Of a stretch of 64,000 nt of DNA, positions 39,858-49,805 are shown in pieces; position 1 is the first letter of the stretch; each line of letters begins with the position of its first letter. Location of the stretch: contig JAJYUH010000013.1 in NCBI GenBank assembly GCA_021792635.1, positions 2,862 through 66,861 of the forward strand. Reading direction: 5' to 3'. Position numbers and translations under genes: made by a program. Below the pieces are notes generated by a model, which worked only from the letters and a program-made list of their open reading frames with translations, was not told the origin of the DNA and made no database searches. Origin of the DNA: Natronospirales bacterium. GTDB taxonomy: Bacteria; Pseudomonadota; Gammaproteobacteria; Natronospirales; REEB76.

Positions 39858-42332
39858 CTAAAGCCGGGCATAGCGCAAACGTAAGGCATTGCCGACTACC
39901 GACACTGAACTGAACGACATGGCTGCTGCCGCAATCATCGGCGACAGCAGCAGACCGAAGAACGGATACAGTACGCCTGCCGCCACAGGTATCCCAACAG
40001 AATTGTAAACGAAAGCCCAAAACAGATTCTGGCGGATATTGCGCAGCGTGACCTCTGAAAGCCGCCGCGCGCGTAATATTCCGCGCAGATCACCCTTTAC
40101 CAGGGTCACCGACGCGGTCTCCATGGCGATATCCGTACCGGTACCCATGGCGATGCCGACGTCGGCGGCGGCCAGCGCTGGAGCGTCGTTCACTCCGTCC
40201 CCGGTCATGACGACGCGCCGGCCTTCTGTCTGTATGCGCTTCACCACATCAGCTTTACCCGCAGGTGAAACACCGGCGATGACGTCATCCAGACCGAGGC
40301 GCCCGGCGATGGCGCGCGCGGTGACCGGATTGTCGCCGGTTATCATGACAACCTTCAGTCCTGCTTGTTTCAGGCCCGCAATCGCTTCTACCGTGGTGCG
40401 CTTGATTGGATCCGCCACCGCGATAAAGCCGGCAAGTTCACCTTCCCGTAGGACATACACGATAGTTGCACCCTGTTCACGCAATGTTTGTACTTGTGCC
40501 GCAACCGGATCAAGCGTCACATTGAGCGATGACGCAAGTTTCTCATTGCCGAGCGCGATGTACTTTCCATCCACAATGCCTCTCAAGCCCTCGCCGGTAC
40601 GTGATTCAAACTCCGCCACTTTCTTGATCTCCACCTGCCGTTCCCGAGCCGCAGTGATGATGGCCGATGCCAGGGGATGTTCGCTGCCCCGCTCAAGACT
40701 GGCAGCCAGCGACAGAAGCACATCTCCATTTCCGCCTCCCGCAGGTACCACGGCAATGACTGTTGGCTTGCCTTCGGTGAGAGTACCGGTTTTATCCACC
40801 AGTAGCGTGTCAATGTGCCGCAGGGTCTCCACTGCTTCGGCATTACGAAACAGCACGCCTGCCTGCGCACCCCTGCCCATGGCCACCGTGATGGACATGG
40901 GTGTGGCGAGCCCCAAGGCGCACGGACAGGCAATGATAAGTACCGCCACCGCGTTTACCAGTCCATGGGCGAACTGCGGCGCAGGTCCGACGAAATACCA
41001 AATGAGAAACGTAGCCAGTGCCGCCAGTATCACCGCCGGTACGAACCACGCGGACATGCGGTCCGCCAGCGACTGGATCGGAGCACGGCTTCTCTGGGCC
41101 GCTGCTACCTGCGCCACAATGCGCGCCAGTAGCGTATCGGCACCTACGCGCTCGGCACGCATCACAAAACCGCCATGGCCGTTCAGCGTGCCGCCGATTA
41201 CCCTTTCACCGGGGCTCCTCTCTATCGGCAGCGGTTCACCGGTGAGCATGGATTCATCCACGCTGCTTCTGCCTTCCAGCAGCACACCGTCCACCGGCAG
41301 CTTTTCCCCCGGCCGCACCCGCAGCCGATCGCCTATCTGCACAGCTGCCAGCGATACATCTTGTTCGCTGCCGTCGGCCTGAAGGCGATGCGCCACAGGC
41401 GGTGCCAGATCCAGCAGGGCGCGGATGGCAGCCGAGGTGGAATGACGTGCGCGCAGTTGCAGCACCTCGCCCAGCAGCACCAGCACGGTGATGGCGGCAG
41501 CCGCCTCGAAATACACCGGCAGCAGGCCGTCCGCCGTGCGGAAGGTGGCAGGAAACCATCCCGGGAACAGCAGCGCCGTCAGACTGTATACATAGGCCAC
41601 ACTCACGCCCATACCGATAAGTGTGTACATGTTGAGACTGCGGTTCACAAGCGAATGCCAAGCGCGCACGAAAAACGGCCAGCCGCCCCACAATACCACC
41701 GGCGTCGCCAGCATGAATTCACTCCAATTCCACGCTCCACCGGACAGTACATGCATCCACGGACGCAGAAATATTTCACGCATGGCGACGACCACGAGTG
41801 GGAGCGTGAGCACCACCCCCACCCAGAAGCGCCGGTTCATGGCGTGCAATTCCGGGGCCAGTTGTTCCTCCGCTGCCGGTAACATGGGTTCGAGCGCCAT
41901 GCCGCACTTCGGACAGATACCTGGTGCATCACGCACGATCTCCGGGTGCATGGGACAGGTCCATTTCTGCGCCGCAGGCGCGGCGGGCAACGCCGGTTCG
42001 AGGGCCATGCCGCATTTCGGGCAGGCGCCCGGATGATCTCGGTCCACCTCTGGGTGCATGGGACACGTATAGGACGCTGTATTCCCCCGCTTGTCGCGCA
42101 CAGGGACAGGCTGGGTATCATAACTGCCACAGCACGCCGCCTCACCAGGAGTTGAGGCTTGCAGATATTTCTCCGGTGTCGCCAGGAACCGCTTATGGCA
42201 GTGGTTGCTGCAGAAATGATAGGTCTTGCCGGCGTGCTGCGCTCGGATGTGGCTGTACTCCGGATCCACCTGCATGCCGCAGACGGGATCGAGGACAGCC
42301 GCCCTGCTGCGAACGTGTGGCTGCTCGTCCAC
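39858..42332 (-). CDS. copA: Copper-translocating P1B-type ATPase
   Basis: GTG 42332 (AAGGAG 7 nt upstream; an earlier start would overlap csoR). N-terminal YHS/TRASH-like DPVCGMQVD...[12 protein letters not shown], then two CPMHPE...[10 protein letters not shown] modules. CPC in TM6 ([12 protein letters not shown]), [17 protein letters not shown]. Confidence 0.9.
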   Translation of the reverse strand: MDEQPHVRSRAAVLDPVCGMQVDPEYSHIRAQHAGKTYHFCSNHCHKRFLATPEKYLQASTPGEAACCGSYDTQPVPVRDKRGNTASYTCPMHPEVDRDHPGACPKCGMALEPALPAAPAAQKWTCPMHPEIVRDAPGICPKCGMALEPMLPAAEEQLAPELHAMNRRFWVGVVLTLPLVVVAMREIFLRPWMHVLSGGAWNWSEFMLATPVVLWGGWPFFVRAWHSLVNRSLNMYTLIGMGVSVAYVYSLTALLFPGWFPATFRTADGLLPVYFEAAAAITVLVLLGEVLQLRARHSTSAAIRALLDLAPPVAHRLQADGSEQDVSLAAVQIGDRLRVRPGEKLPVDGVLLEGRSSVDESMLTGEPLPIERSPGERVIGGTLNGHGGFVMRAERVGADTLLARIVAQVAAAQRSRAPIQSLADRMSAWFVPAVILAALATFLIWYFVGPAPQFAHGLVNAVAVLIIACPCALGLATPMSITVAMGRGAQAGVLFRNAEAVETLRHIDTLLVDKTGTLTEGKPTVIAVVPAGGGNGDVLLSLAASLERGSEHPLASAIITAARERQVEIKKVAEFESRTGEGLRGIVDGKYIALGNEKLASSLNVTLDPVAAQVQTLREQGATIVYVLREGELAGFIAVADPIKRTTVEAIAGLKQAGLKVVMITGDNPVTARAIAGRLGLDDVIAGVSPAGKADVVKRIQTEGRRVVMTGDGVNDAPALAAADVGIAMGTGTDIAMETASVTLVKGDLRGILRARRLSEVTLRNIRQNLFWAFVYNSVGIPVAAGVLYPFFGLLLSPMIAAAAMSFSSVSVVGNALRLRYARL

Positions 42333-42373
42333 GGGAATGCTCCTTGACAAATTATCGTGGCGAAGACACTGGA

Positions 42374-42661
42374 CTAGGTACTGAAGCGCTTGAGAATCTG
42401 GTACAGCTCGGCGAGTTTGGCATCGCGCTCGCGCGAGTCGCCGCTCTCGATGGCACCGGCGACACAATGCGCAATATGGCTTTTCAGGATTTCCTGCTCC
42501 ACAGCGCCTAGCGCCGCCTGCACCGCCCGCAGCTGAATCAGAATGTCCGCGCAGTACCGTTCCTCTTCCACCATGCGGCTGAGACCGGCCACCTGACCAT
42601 GGATACGCTTCAGGCGCGCGAGCTGGGATTGATGGCCGGGATGCTTCACCGCATATACCAT
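42374..42661 (-). CDS. csoR: CsoR-family copper-sensing transcriptional repressor
   Basis: 95 aa; [35 protein letters not shown]...HIAHC (Cys-His-Cys Cu(I) ligand pattern). Lies 41 nt upstream of copA. Confidence 0.85.
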   Translation of the reverse strand: MVYAVKHPGHQSQLARLKRIHGQVAGLSRMVEEERYCADILIQLRAVQAALGAVEQEILKSHIAHCVAGAIESGDSRERDAKLAELYQILKRFST

Positions 42662-42680
42662 ACCCCCCTATGGTATATGC
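42651..42680 (-). promoter_or_regulatory. Perfect 10-bp inverted repeat with G/C-tract spacer (candidate CsoR operator) spanning the csoR start codon
   Basis: Plus strand GCATATACCA-TACCCCCCTA-TGGTATATGC. The arms are exact reverse complements. The ATACC...GGTAT pattern with a central C/G tract resembles published CsoR boxes. Confidence 0.6.
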
Positions 42681-42761
42681 GTCAATACAAATCAGGTGGC
42701 TTGATAGATAGCCTTGAATTTCAGGTACTTGGCTGAGGGCTCAACACCGTAGAATAGGACT

Positions 42762-43088
42762 TCAGGGCAACGGCGTTGCAATGCCGCGCACCGCGAATAC
42801 AAACGTGACGCAGGCATGGTTTTTGAGGATTTCCCGCAGATTCTCCACCGCCTCCCGGTTACGGCGCAATCCGGTGAAATAGCATTGCTTGAACTCCGGC
42901 CATTTCTCCGGGTCATGGCCAAACCACTGGCGCAGCTTGGTGCTGGGTGCAATATCCCGCGCCCAATAATCAATCCCCGCCTTTTCCCTGGTCAGCCCCC
43001 GCGGCCAGATCCGATCCACCAGAATGCGAAAACCATCCGTCTTTGCAGGTGCTGCGTATGCATGCTTGAACCTTGTACTGTGCGCCAT
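42762..43088 (-). CDS. DUF488 (YeaO-like) protein, apparently truncated by a 1-nt frameshift near the 3-prime end
   Basis: MAHSTRFKHAYAAPAKTDGFRILVDRIWPRGLTREKAGIDYWARDIAPSTKLRQWF matches the YeaO/DUF488 pattern. The expected conserved tail (..HCNAVALKSYSTVL..) is readable in another frame, which ends at 42721. Confidence 0.7.
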   Translation of the reverse strand: MAHSTRFKHAYAAPAKTDGFRILVDRIWPRGLTREKAGIDYWARDIAPSTKLRQWFGHDPEKWPEFKQCYFTGLRRNREAVENLREILKNHACVTFVFAVRGIATPLP

Positions 43089-43169
43089 GGTAGCCTGTGC
43101 CCCGATCAGCCGCGGCGGATCATCCGGGAGGATCGGGTAAAACCCGCTCCTTCGGGGTCCTGAATATTA

Positions 43170-44537
43170 TCAACACTCGGGAACATTGACCGCCAATCCG
43201 CCGAGTGCAGTCTCCTTGTAGATGCTGCGCATGTCGCGGCCGGTCTGGCGCATGGTGGCGATCACCTGATCCAGCGACACGCGGTGCTGTCCGTCGCCGT
43301 GCTGGGCGAGACGCGCGGCATTGATGGCCTTGACCGCACCCATGGCATTGCGTTCGATGCAGGGAATCTGCACCAGTCCGCCCACCGGGTCGCAGGTGAG
43401 ACCCAGGTTGTGCTCCATACCGATCTCGGCGGCATTCTCGATCTGCTCGTTGCTGCCGCCCATGGCCGACACCAGACCGCCCGCCGCCATGGAACAGGCC
43501 ACGCCCACCTCCCCCTGGCAACCCATTTCTGCGCCGGAAATGGAGGCGTTCTTTTTATACAAGATGCCGATTGCGCCAGCCGTAAGCAGATATCGCAGGA
43601 TGCCTTCGTCATCCGCACTCTCCACGAAGCGGCGGTAATAATGCCCTACCGCCGGGATGATGCCGGCGGCACCGTTGGTGGGCGCGGTCACTACCCGGCC
43701 GCCGGCGGCATTTTCCTCATTCACCGCGAGCGCCCACAGATTCACCCAATCCATGGCATCCAGCGCCGTGGTTTTCTTCTGCTGGGAAAGATCGTGATGC
43801 AGCTTGGGCGCACGGCGTATGACATGCAAGCCACCGGGCAGTTCGCCAGATTCGCGGACGCCCCGTGCTACGCAGGCCTGCATCACCCGCCAGATTTTCA
43901 CCAGCCCGGTGCGGATTTCCGCCTCGCTGCGCCAGGCGCTCTCATTCTCCAGCATGAGCTGATCCACCCGCAGCGCGTGTTTTTCGCATTGCGCCAGCAA
44001 TTCCTCCGCGGAGGTAAAGGCATACGGCAGTTGAACGTCCGCTGCGGCGGCGTCACCTTCCTCGTCAGTGCCGCGGACAATAAAACCGCCGCCGATGGAA
44101 TAGAACTCATCCTGCAGCAGCGTTTTCCCGACCGCATCCAGCGCCGAGAACCGTAAACCGTTGGAATGCTTGGGCAGCATCTGGTCCTTGTGGAACAGCA
44201 GGTTTATGGGCTCATCAAATATAATCTCGCGCTTGCCGAGTAATTTGATTTTGCCGCTGCTGCGGATGTGCCGCAGCCGCCGCGGTACGCTGTCCGGGTC
44301 CACTTCATCCGGGGTCTCGCCCTCCAGCCCCAATAACACAGCGCGGTCGGTGCCGTGGCCCTTGCCGGTAAGGGCCAGGGAGCCGTAGAGCTGAGCCACA
44401 ACCTGGGTGGTACGCTCAAACAGACCCTGGGCCTCCAGATCCAGCAGGAACTGGCGCGCAGCGCGCATGGGGCCGACGGTATGGGAACTGGACGGTCCCA
44501 CGCCGATTTTGAACATATCGAAGACGGATATAGCCAC
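43170..44537 (-). CDS. sdaA: L-serine ammonia-lyase (Fe-S type L-serine dehydratase)
   Basis: [24 protein letters not shown]-terminus; single-chain alpha+beta domains. GTG 44537 (GGAG 6 nt upstream) is preferred over TTG 44558. Confidence 0.9.
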   Translation of the reverse strand: MAISVFDMFKIGVGPSSSHTVGPMRAARQFLLDLEAQGLFERTTQVVAQLYGSLALTGKGHGTDRAVLLGLEGETPDEVDPDSVPRRLRHIRSSGKIKLLGKREIIFDEPINLLFHKDQMLPKHSNGLRFSALDAVGKTLLQDEFYSIGGGFIVRGTDEEGDAAAADVQLPYAFTSAEELLAQCEKHALRVDQLMLENESAWRSEAEIRTGLVKIWRVMQACVARGVRESGELPGGLHVIRRAPKLHHDLSQQKKTTALDAMDWVNLWALAVNEENAAGGRVVTAPTNGAAGIIPAVGHYYRRFVESADDEGILRYLLTAGAIGILYKKNASISGAEMGCQGEVGVACSMAAGGLVSAMGGSNEQIENAAEIGMEHNLGLTCDPVGGLVQIPCIERNAMGAVKAINAARLAQHGDGQHRVSLDQVIATMRQTGRDMRSIYKETALGGLAVNVPEC

Positions 44538-44695
44538 GCACGCTCCGAAAATAATCAATCTTGATTTATATTCAACTCAGCAACCAAAAATAGCCGTTCG
44601 TGCTACGTACTGGGTACTGCGTGCGGTAAGAAAAACATGTTGGTTTTTTCGCAGCACGCAGCACCTTGCCTTTCTTGGCACGCAACGCCTTCCAT

Positions 44696-47600
44696 CTATT
44701 CGTCCCCGAGAGACAAAAGTGTGGCATTTCCGCCCATCGCTGCGGTATTGATGCTCACGGTACGTTCAGTGGCAAAACGATGCATATAGTAAGGTCCACC
44801 GGCCTTCGGCCCGGTACCCGACAAGCCCTGGCCGCCGAAAGGTTGCACCCCCACCACTGCGCCGATGATATTACGGTTGATGTACACATTACCCACGCGG
44901 ATATGCCGCTGGATATACTGCGCCTGGCTGTCAATGCGCGAATGTACGCCCAGGGTCAAACCATAACCGGTGTCATTGATGCTTGCGATGACCGCGTCAA
45001 GTTCGCTTGCCTTGAAGCGAATCACATGCAATACCGGGCCGAAGACCTCGCGCTTGAGTATATCCAGTGACGGTAATTCGACGGCCAGGGGCGCGACATA
45101 AGTACCGTGGGAACAATCTGCCGAAAGTTTGAGTTCATACAACACCTTACCCCGGGTCTTGATCCACTGTTTGTGTTCATCAAGATTTTTCCTGGCTTCA
45201 GCATCAATCACCGGGCCCACATCGGTTTTCAGGAATGCCGGATCACCCATGCTCAGCTCAGCCATGCAACCCATGAGCACTTCGATGATGCGCGGCGCGA
45301 TTTCTTCCTGCACAAACAGCACGCGCAATGCCGAGCAACGCTGACCGGCACTGTTGAACGCGCTGGCGATCACATCCGGTACCACCTGCTCCGGTAGCGC
45401 CGAGGAGTCCACCAACATGGCATTCTGGCCGCCGGTCTCGGCGATCAGTACCGGGATAATCCCACCTCGGTTGGCAAGTGTTTGATGAATGGCCTTGGCA
45501 GTCTCGGTGGAACCCGTAAACGCCACGCCGGCAATACGCGCATCCGCGACTGCATGCTGCCCCACCACCGAACCGCGACCGGGGATGAAATGCAGCACCT
45601 CACCGGGCACACCCGCCTGGTGCAGCAGTCGTACCGCCTGGGCACCGATGAGTGAAGTCTGTTCCGCGGGTTTGGCCAGCACCGCGTTGCCGGCGGCCAG
45701 CGCCGCGGTCATCTGTCCGGTGAAGATCGCCAGCGGAAAATTCCATGGGCTGATGCACACGAACACACCGCGTCCCTGCAACCACAATTCATTGGATTCA
45801 CCGGTAGGCCCGGGCAGGCGCAGGGACTTGCCAAAATCCTCTTCTGCCTGCTGGGCATAGTAATGCAGGTAATCCACCGCCTCACGCACTTCGGATACCG
45901 CATCGGGAATGGATTTGCCTGCTTCGCGCACGCACAGCGCCATGAGTTCGGCGGTATGTTCCTCAAACAGAGCGGCAGCACGGCGCAGAATACGCGCGCG
46001 CTCCGCAGCTGGCGTCATATCCCAGCCAGGCTGTGCGGCGGCCGCGATGTCCACCGCCTTGCGGATGGCATCGGCATCCGCTTCATGAATCATGCCAACG
46101 GTATGGCGGTTATCCGCGGGATTGAGGGAGGGTTTGGCTTTACCGGAGAGCACTTTGCCGCCGACAATGGGGGCGGCGACCCACTCACGCCGCATCGCTT
46201 GCTGCATGTCTCCGGCTAGCTTGTCCAGCACCGCCTGGTCCGTGAGATTCAGACCCCGGGAATTGCGCCGTTTGGCGCCGTATATGTCCGCCGGTAGCGG
46301 GATGCGCGGATGTGGTTTTACTTCGAACGCCTCCACTTCCGCCACAGGGTCGGCGACGATGCTTTCCACCGGCACTTCCTCGTCAATGATGCGGTTCACG
46401 AACGAAGTGTTGGCGCCGTTCTCCAGCAGGCGCCGCACCAGATAAGGCAGCAGATCCTCATGGCTGCCCACCGGTGCGTACACGCGGCAGTTGAGGCCGG
46501 GCTTGTCTCTCCCTACCACTTCGGCATACAGCTCCTCGCCCATGCCATGCAGGCGCTGGAACTCGAATTCCAGATCGTCACCCGCCATTTCCAGCACGCT
46601 GGAAAGCGTTTGGGCGTTATGGGTGGCAAACATGGGGTATAGCACATCGCGGTGCGTCAGCATCTTGCGTGCGCAGGCGAGATAGGAAACGTCGGTGCTG
46701 AGTTTGCGCGTGAACACCGGATAGCCGTCAAGGCCGCGTTCCTGGGCGCGTTTCACTTCACTGTCCCAATAGGCGCCCTTCACCAGCCGCACCGGAATGC
46801 GGCGCTTACCCTCTTTGCCCAGCACCAGCAACCAGTCTAATACGCGGATGGCGCGTTTCTGATAAGCCTGCAACGCCAAGCCGAAGCCTTCCCAGCCGCT
46901 CAATGACGGCGAGCGATACACCGCTTCGATGAGGTCCAGCGACAGTTCCAGGCGGTCGGCTTCCTCCGCATCCACCGTCAAACCCATGCCATATTTCCGG
47001 GCATGCTCCGCGAGAGTCAGCAGCTTGGGCGCAAGCTCCATCATCACCCGTTCGTGTTGAGCCATCTCGTAACGCGGATACAGGGCCGAGAGCTTCACCG
47101 AAATGCCGGGTGCCGCAAACACGCTCTGTTTCTCCGAAACCGTCGCACCGATGGCATCAATGGCTTTGCCGTACTCGTCAAAGTAGCGCTGTGCATCCGT
47201 CGCTGTCAGCGCCGCTTCGCCCAGCATATCGTAGGAATGCCGGTATGCGTGATACTCTTCGCTTTTGGCACGTTTCAGTGCCTCTTCAATGCTGCGCCCC
47301 ATGACGAACTGGTGCCCCATGATGCGCATGGCCTGACGGAAGGCAGCGCGGATCACCGGTTCACCGAGGCGGGTTACCAGCTTTGCCATGTAATTCGAAA
47401 CATTTTTCTCCACGCTCTGATCAAGCGAGACAAGTTTGCCTGTGAGCATCAGGCCCCAGGTGGAGGCATTCACAAACAGCGATGGGCTGGCACCCAAATG
47501 ATCCGCCCATTTGCCGTTCACGATCTTGTCGCGAATCAGCTTGTCGGCCGTATCAGCATCTGGAATTCGCAACAAGGCTTCCGCCAGACACATGAGTACC

Positions 47601-47887
47601 ATGCCTTCCTGGGAAGACAGATCGTACTGACGCAGGAATTCTTCCACCCCGCCTTTGGGCTTGCGGTGCGCGCGCACCGCCCGCACCAGATCAGCAGCGC
47701 GCGCCCGGATACGCTGTCGCGCCGCCGCCTCGATCTTCGCCTGACTGAGCAGGGCGTCCACGCAGCGGGTTTCATCGGCGAGATACAGCTCGTTGATGGC
47801 GGCGCGCAGCGGCTTGAGTACGGGGGACGCTCCGTCGAATACGAAACGCGAATGAGAAATCACTTCCGAATCAGCAGGTTGGTACAT
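44696..47887 (-). CDS. putA: Bifunctional proline dehydrogenase / L-glutamate-gamma-semialdehyde dehydrogenase
   Basis: 1063 aa: PRODH TIM barrel followed by an aldehyde dehydrogenase domain with catalytic Cys (FNSAGQRCSALRVL). No N-terminal ribbon-helix-helix domain is evident. Confidence 0.9.
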   Translation of the reverse strand: MYQPADSEVISHSRFVFDGASPVLKPLRAAINELYLADETRCVDALLSQAKIEAAARQRIRARAADLVRAVRAHRKPKGGVEEFLRQYDLSSQEGMVLMCLAEALLRIPDADTADKLIRDKIVNGKWADHLGASPSLFVNASTWGLMLTGKLVSLDQSVEKNVSNYMAKLVTRLGEPVIRAAFRQAMRIMGHQFVMGRSIEEALKRAKSEEYHAYRHSYDMLGEAALTATDAQRYFDEYGKAIDAIGATVSEKQSVFAAPGISVKLSALYPRYEMAQHERVMMELAPKLLTLAEHARKYGMGLTVDAEEADRLELSLDLIEAVYRSPSLSGWEGFGLALQAYQKRAIRVLDWLLVLGKEGKRRIPVRLVKGAYWDSEVKRAQERGLDGYPVFTRKLSTDVSYLACARKMLTHRDVLYPMFATHNAQTLSSVLEMAGDDLEFEFQRLHGMGEELYAEVVGRDKPGLNCRVYAPVGSHEDLLPYLVRRLLENGANTSFVNRIIDEEVPVESIVADPVAEVEAFEVKPHPRIPLPADIYGAKRRNSRGLNLTDQAVLDKLAGDMQQAMRREWVAAPIVGGKVLSGKAKPSLNPADNRHTVGMIHEADADAIRKAVDIAAAAQPGWDMTPAAERARILRRAAALFEEHTAELMALCVREAGKSIPDAVSEVREAVDYLHYYAQQAEEDFGKSLRLPGPTGESNELWLQGRGVFVCISPWNFPLAIFTGQMTAALAAGNAVLAKPAEQTSLIGAQAVRLLHQAGVPGEVLHFIPGRGSVVGQHAVADARIAGVAFTGSTETAKAIHQTLANRGGIIPVLIAETGGQNAMLVDSSALPEQVVPDVIASAFNSAGQRCSALRVLFVQEEIAPRIIEVLMGCMAELSMGDPAFLKTDVGPVIDAEARKNLDEHKQWIKTRGKVLYELKLSADCSHGTYVAPLAVELPSLDILKREVFGPVLHVIRFKASELDAVIASINDTGYGLTLGVHSRIDSQAQYIQRHIRVGNVYINRNIIGAVVGVQPFGGQGLSGTGPKAGGPYYMHRFATERTVSINTAAMGGNATLLSLGDE

Positions 47888-47952
47888 GCAAGCTCCACAG
47901 CGGGGAAATCATGCCGGAACCGTTGTGGCTCCGGATAATCGAGCGCTCTATT

Positions 47953-48705
47953 TTACTGAATTGGCCGGGGAAATGCCGTGATCCGGTGGGCTGCGAGCCG
48001 TTCATAGTGAGGCCGGCACTGCTTTGCAAGCCGCGCCTGGAATGCGGTCAATTTCTCCTGTCGCGGGTGATAGGGCCCAAACCCCGTGGATTGCTCCACG
48101 GTCCGGTACCAGTATTTCGCCCATACGCCGTCGCTGGCACGGGAACCCGCCGGCCAGCGGAGCATGCATCCGCTGAAAGCAATGTTCAGGCACACGCACA
48201 GTGCGCGCAACATGCCGGCGGGATCCTTCAATACGTCAGCCGCATCCAGTACCGCTGGTGCAGCGCCTATCTGTTGGCATACCTGATCGAACAACCGGGC
48301 CTGTTGTTCGAACCCGAGTTCCCATGGGGCAGCGTCCGGGCGATTCTGAGTAAAAGAGGCCACCACCTCCTCCGGAGCACGGATCAGAAAGCAATTATTT
48401 ATCTGCCGCAACCAATCCAGAGGGATCTCCGGCAGCATGTGCTGAGTCATGTGCTTCTGGTACCAGATGGCTTTGCCGCCGGGAACAGGGCCGGTAAGCA
48501 TTCTCACCACGGTTCGCCAGTCGGTGGATTGCGAGGCGATCACCTGCTCACGGCCCGGGTGATTGACACCGGTGTTGAGGAGGTAGTACGCATAGAAAGG
48601 TTCATCCACTACCGCCGTGTCATCACGGTTCTCCCAGGCACGCATCAGGGCCGTGGAGATGTTGCGCGGCCCGGACCACATGGCGATCCGCAGCGGCTCC
48701 TTCAT
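47953..48705 (-). CDS. Uncharacterised sulfotransferase-fold-like protein
   Basis: MKEPLRIAMWSGPRNISTALMRAWENRDDTAVVDEPFYAYYL... I recall this family only as a conserved hypothetical or sulfotransferase-like protein. Start overlaps the upstream stop (ATGA). Confidence 0.5.
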   Translation of the reverse strand: MKEPLRIAMWSGPRNISTALMRAWENRDDTAVVDEPFYAYYLLNTGVNHPGREQVIASQSTDWRTVVRMLTGPVPGGKAIWYQKHMTQHMLPEIPLDWLRQINNCFLIRAPEEVVASFTQNRPDAAPWELGFEQQARLFDQVCQQIGAAPAVLDAADVLKDPAGMLRALCVCLNIAFSGCMLRWPAGSRASDGVWAKYWYRTVEQSTGFGPYHPRQEKLTAFQARLAKQCRPHYERLAAHRITAFPRPIQ

Positions 48706-49628
48706 ATCCGTGGACCCTGCTTGCTCTCCTGTTTCACGAGTTCCATGTAAAGTTGCTGCAAGCGCTCCACCATCGGCCCGCGTTTGCCATCGCCCATCCT
48801 GCGGCCGTCAATTTCCGTGACCGGCACCAGCCCGGCGAATGTGCCGGTCACAAACGCTTCTTCGGCGCCGTAAACATCGGTGAGGCTGAAGTCCTTCTCA
48901 AACGCCGGAATATCATTTTCGCGGCACAGGCGCAGCACGTTTGCGCGGGTGATCCCACCGAGGCAATACTTGCCGGTCGAGGTCCAGACCTCGCGCTTAC
49001 GCACGATGAAGAAATGGGTTGAATTGCAGGTGGCGACAAAGCCGTGAGGGTCGAGCATCAGCGCTTCGTCATACCCGGCTTTGCCGGCCTGAATGCAGGC
49101 AAGGATGCAGTTCAGCTTGGAATGGCTGTTGAGCTTCGGATCCTGAACATCCGGCGGCCCGCGGCGCACGTGCACAGTGAACAATCGGATACCCTGCTCC
49201 ACGGTGGTCGGCAGCGGCTCCTTGTATTCCGGGATGATCACCACGGTGGCCGGCGAAATTACAAAGCGCGGATCCTGATGGGGCGTGGCCTTGATGCCGC
49301 GCGTCACCATCAGACGGATATGCACATGGTCGTGCATGCGGTTGGCGCGCAGCACTTGCAGCAGGCGCTCGGTCAACTGCATGCGCGTCAAACCGATGTC
49401 CATGTCAATGGCCCTGGCGCCCTCATAGAGGCGGTCCAAATGCAGATCGAGAAACGGCAGGCCGCCGTCGTGCAGGCGCAAGCCTTCCCACACGCCGTCG
49501 CCCAGCACGAAGCCGCTGTCGAACACCGAGACTTTGGCTTCCGCGCGCGGCACCAATTCGCCGTTCAGGCTGATCTTGATCTGCGAGTTGCGTGGGTCGT
49601 GTTGATAATCATGCGTGCCCTTGGCCAT
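48702..49628 (-). CDS. Class IV (fold type IV) aminotransferase, branched-chain/D-amino-acid type
   Basis: ORF 48702..49697; ATG 49628 (GGAGAA upstream) gives MAKGTHDYQHD... Contains ISLNGELVPRAEAKVSVFDSGFVLGDGVWEGLR, typical of class IV enzymes. Confidence 0.8.
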   Translation of the reverse strand: MAKGTHDYQHDPRNSQIKISLNGELVPRAEAKVSVFDSGFVLGDGVWEGLRLHDGGLPFLDLHLDRLYEGARAIDMDIGLTRMQLTERLLQVLRANRMHDHVHIRLMVTRGIKATPHQDPRFVISPATVVIIPEYKEPLPTTVEQGIRLFTVHVRRGPPDVQDPKLNSHSKLNCILACIQAGKAGYDEALMLDPHGFVATCNSTHFFIVRKREVWTSTGKYCLGGITRANVLRLCRENDIPAFEKDFSLTDVYGAEEAFVTGTFAGLVPVTEIDGRRMGDGKRGPMVERLQQLYMELVKQESKQGPRI

Positions 49629-49805
49629 GAAGTTCTCCGTAATGCGCGTCGCCCGGATAAAACGCTGGTTTGCTGTAAAAAACACCGACCGCCACACTAT
49701 ATCAAGAGTCTATAATCCGGTCAGTGGCGGATGACGGGCCGAGCCGGTATCTAACATGGCGGGCGCCCGGCAGCTCATCAGGCCGGCCAATCGAGGAGAG
49801 CTCTC

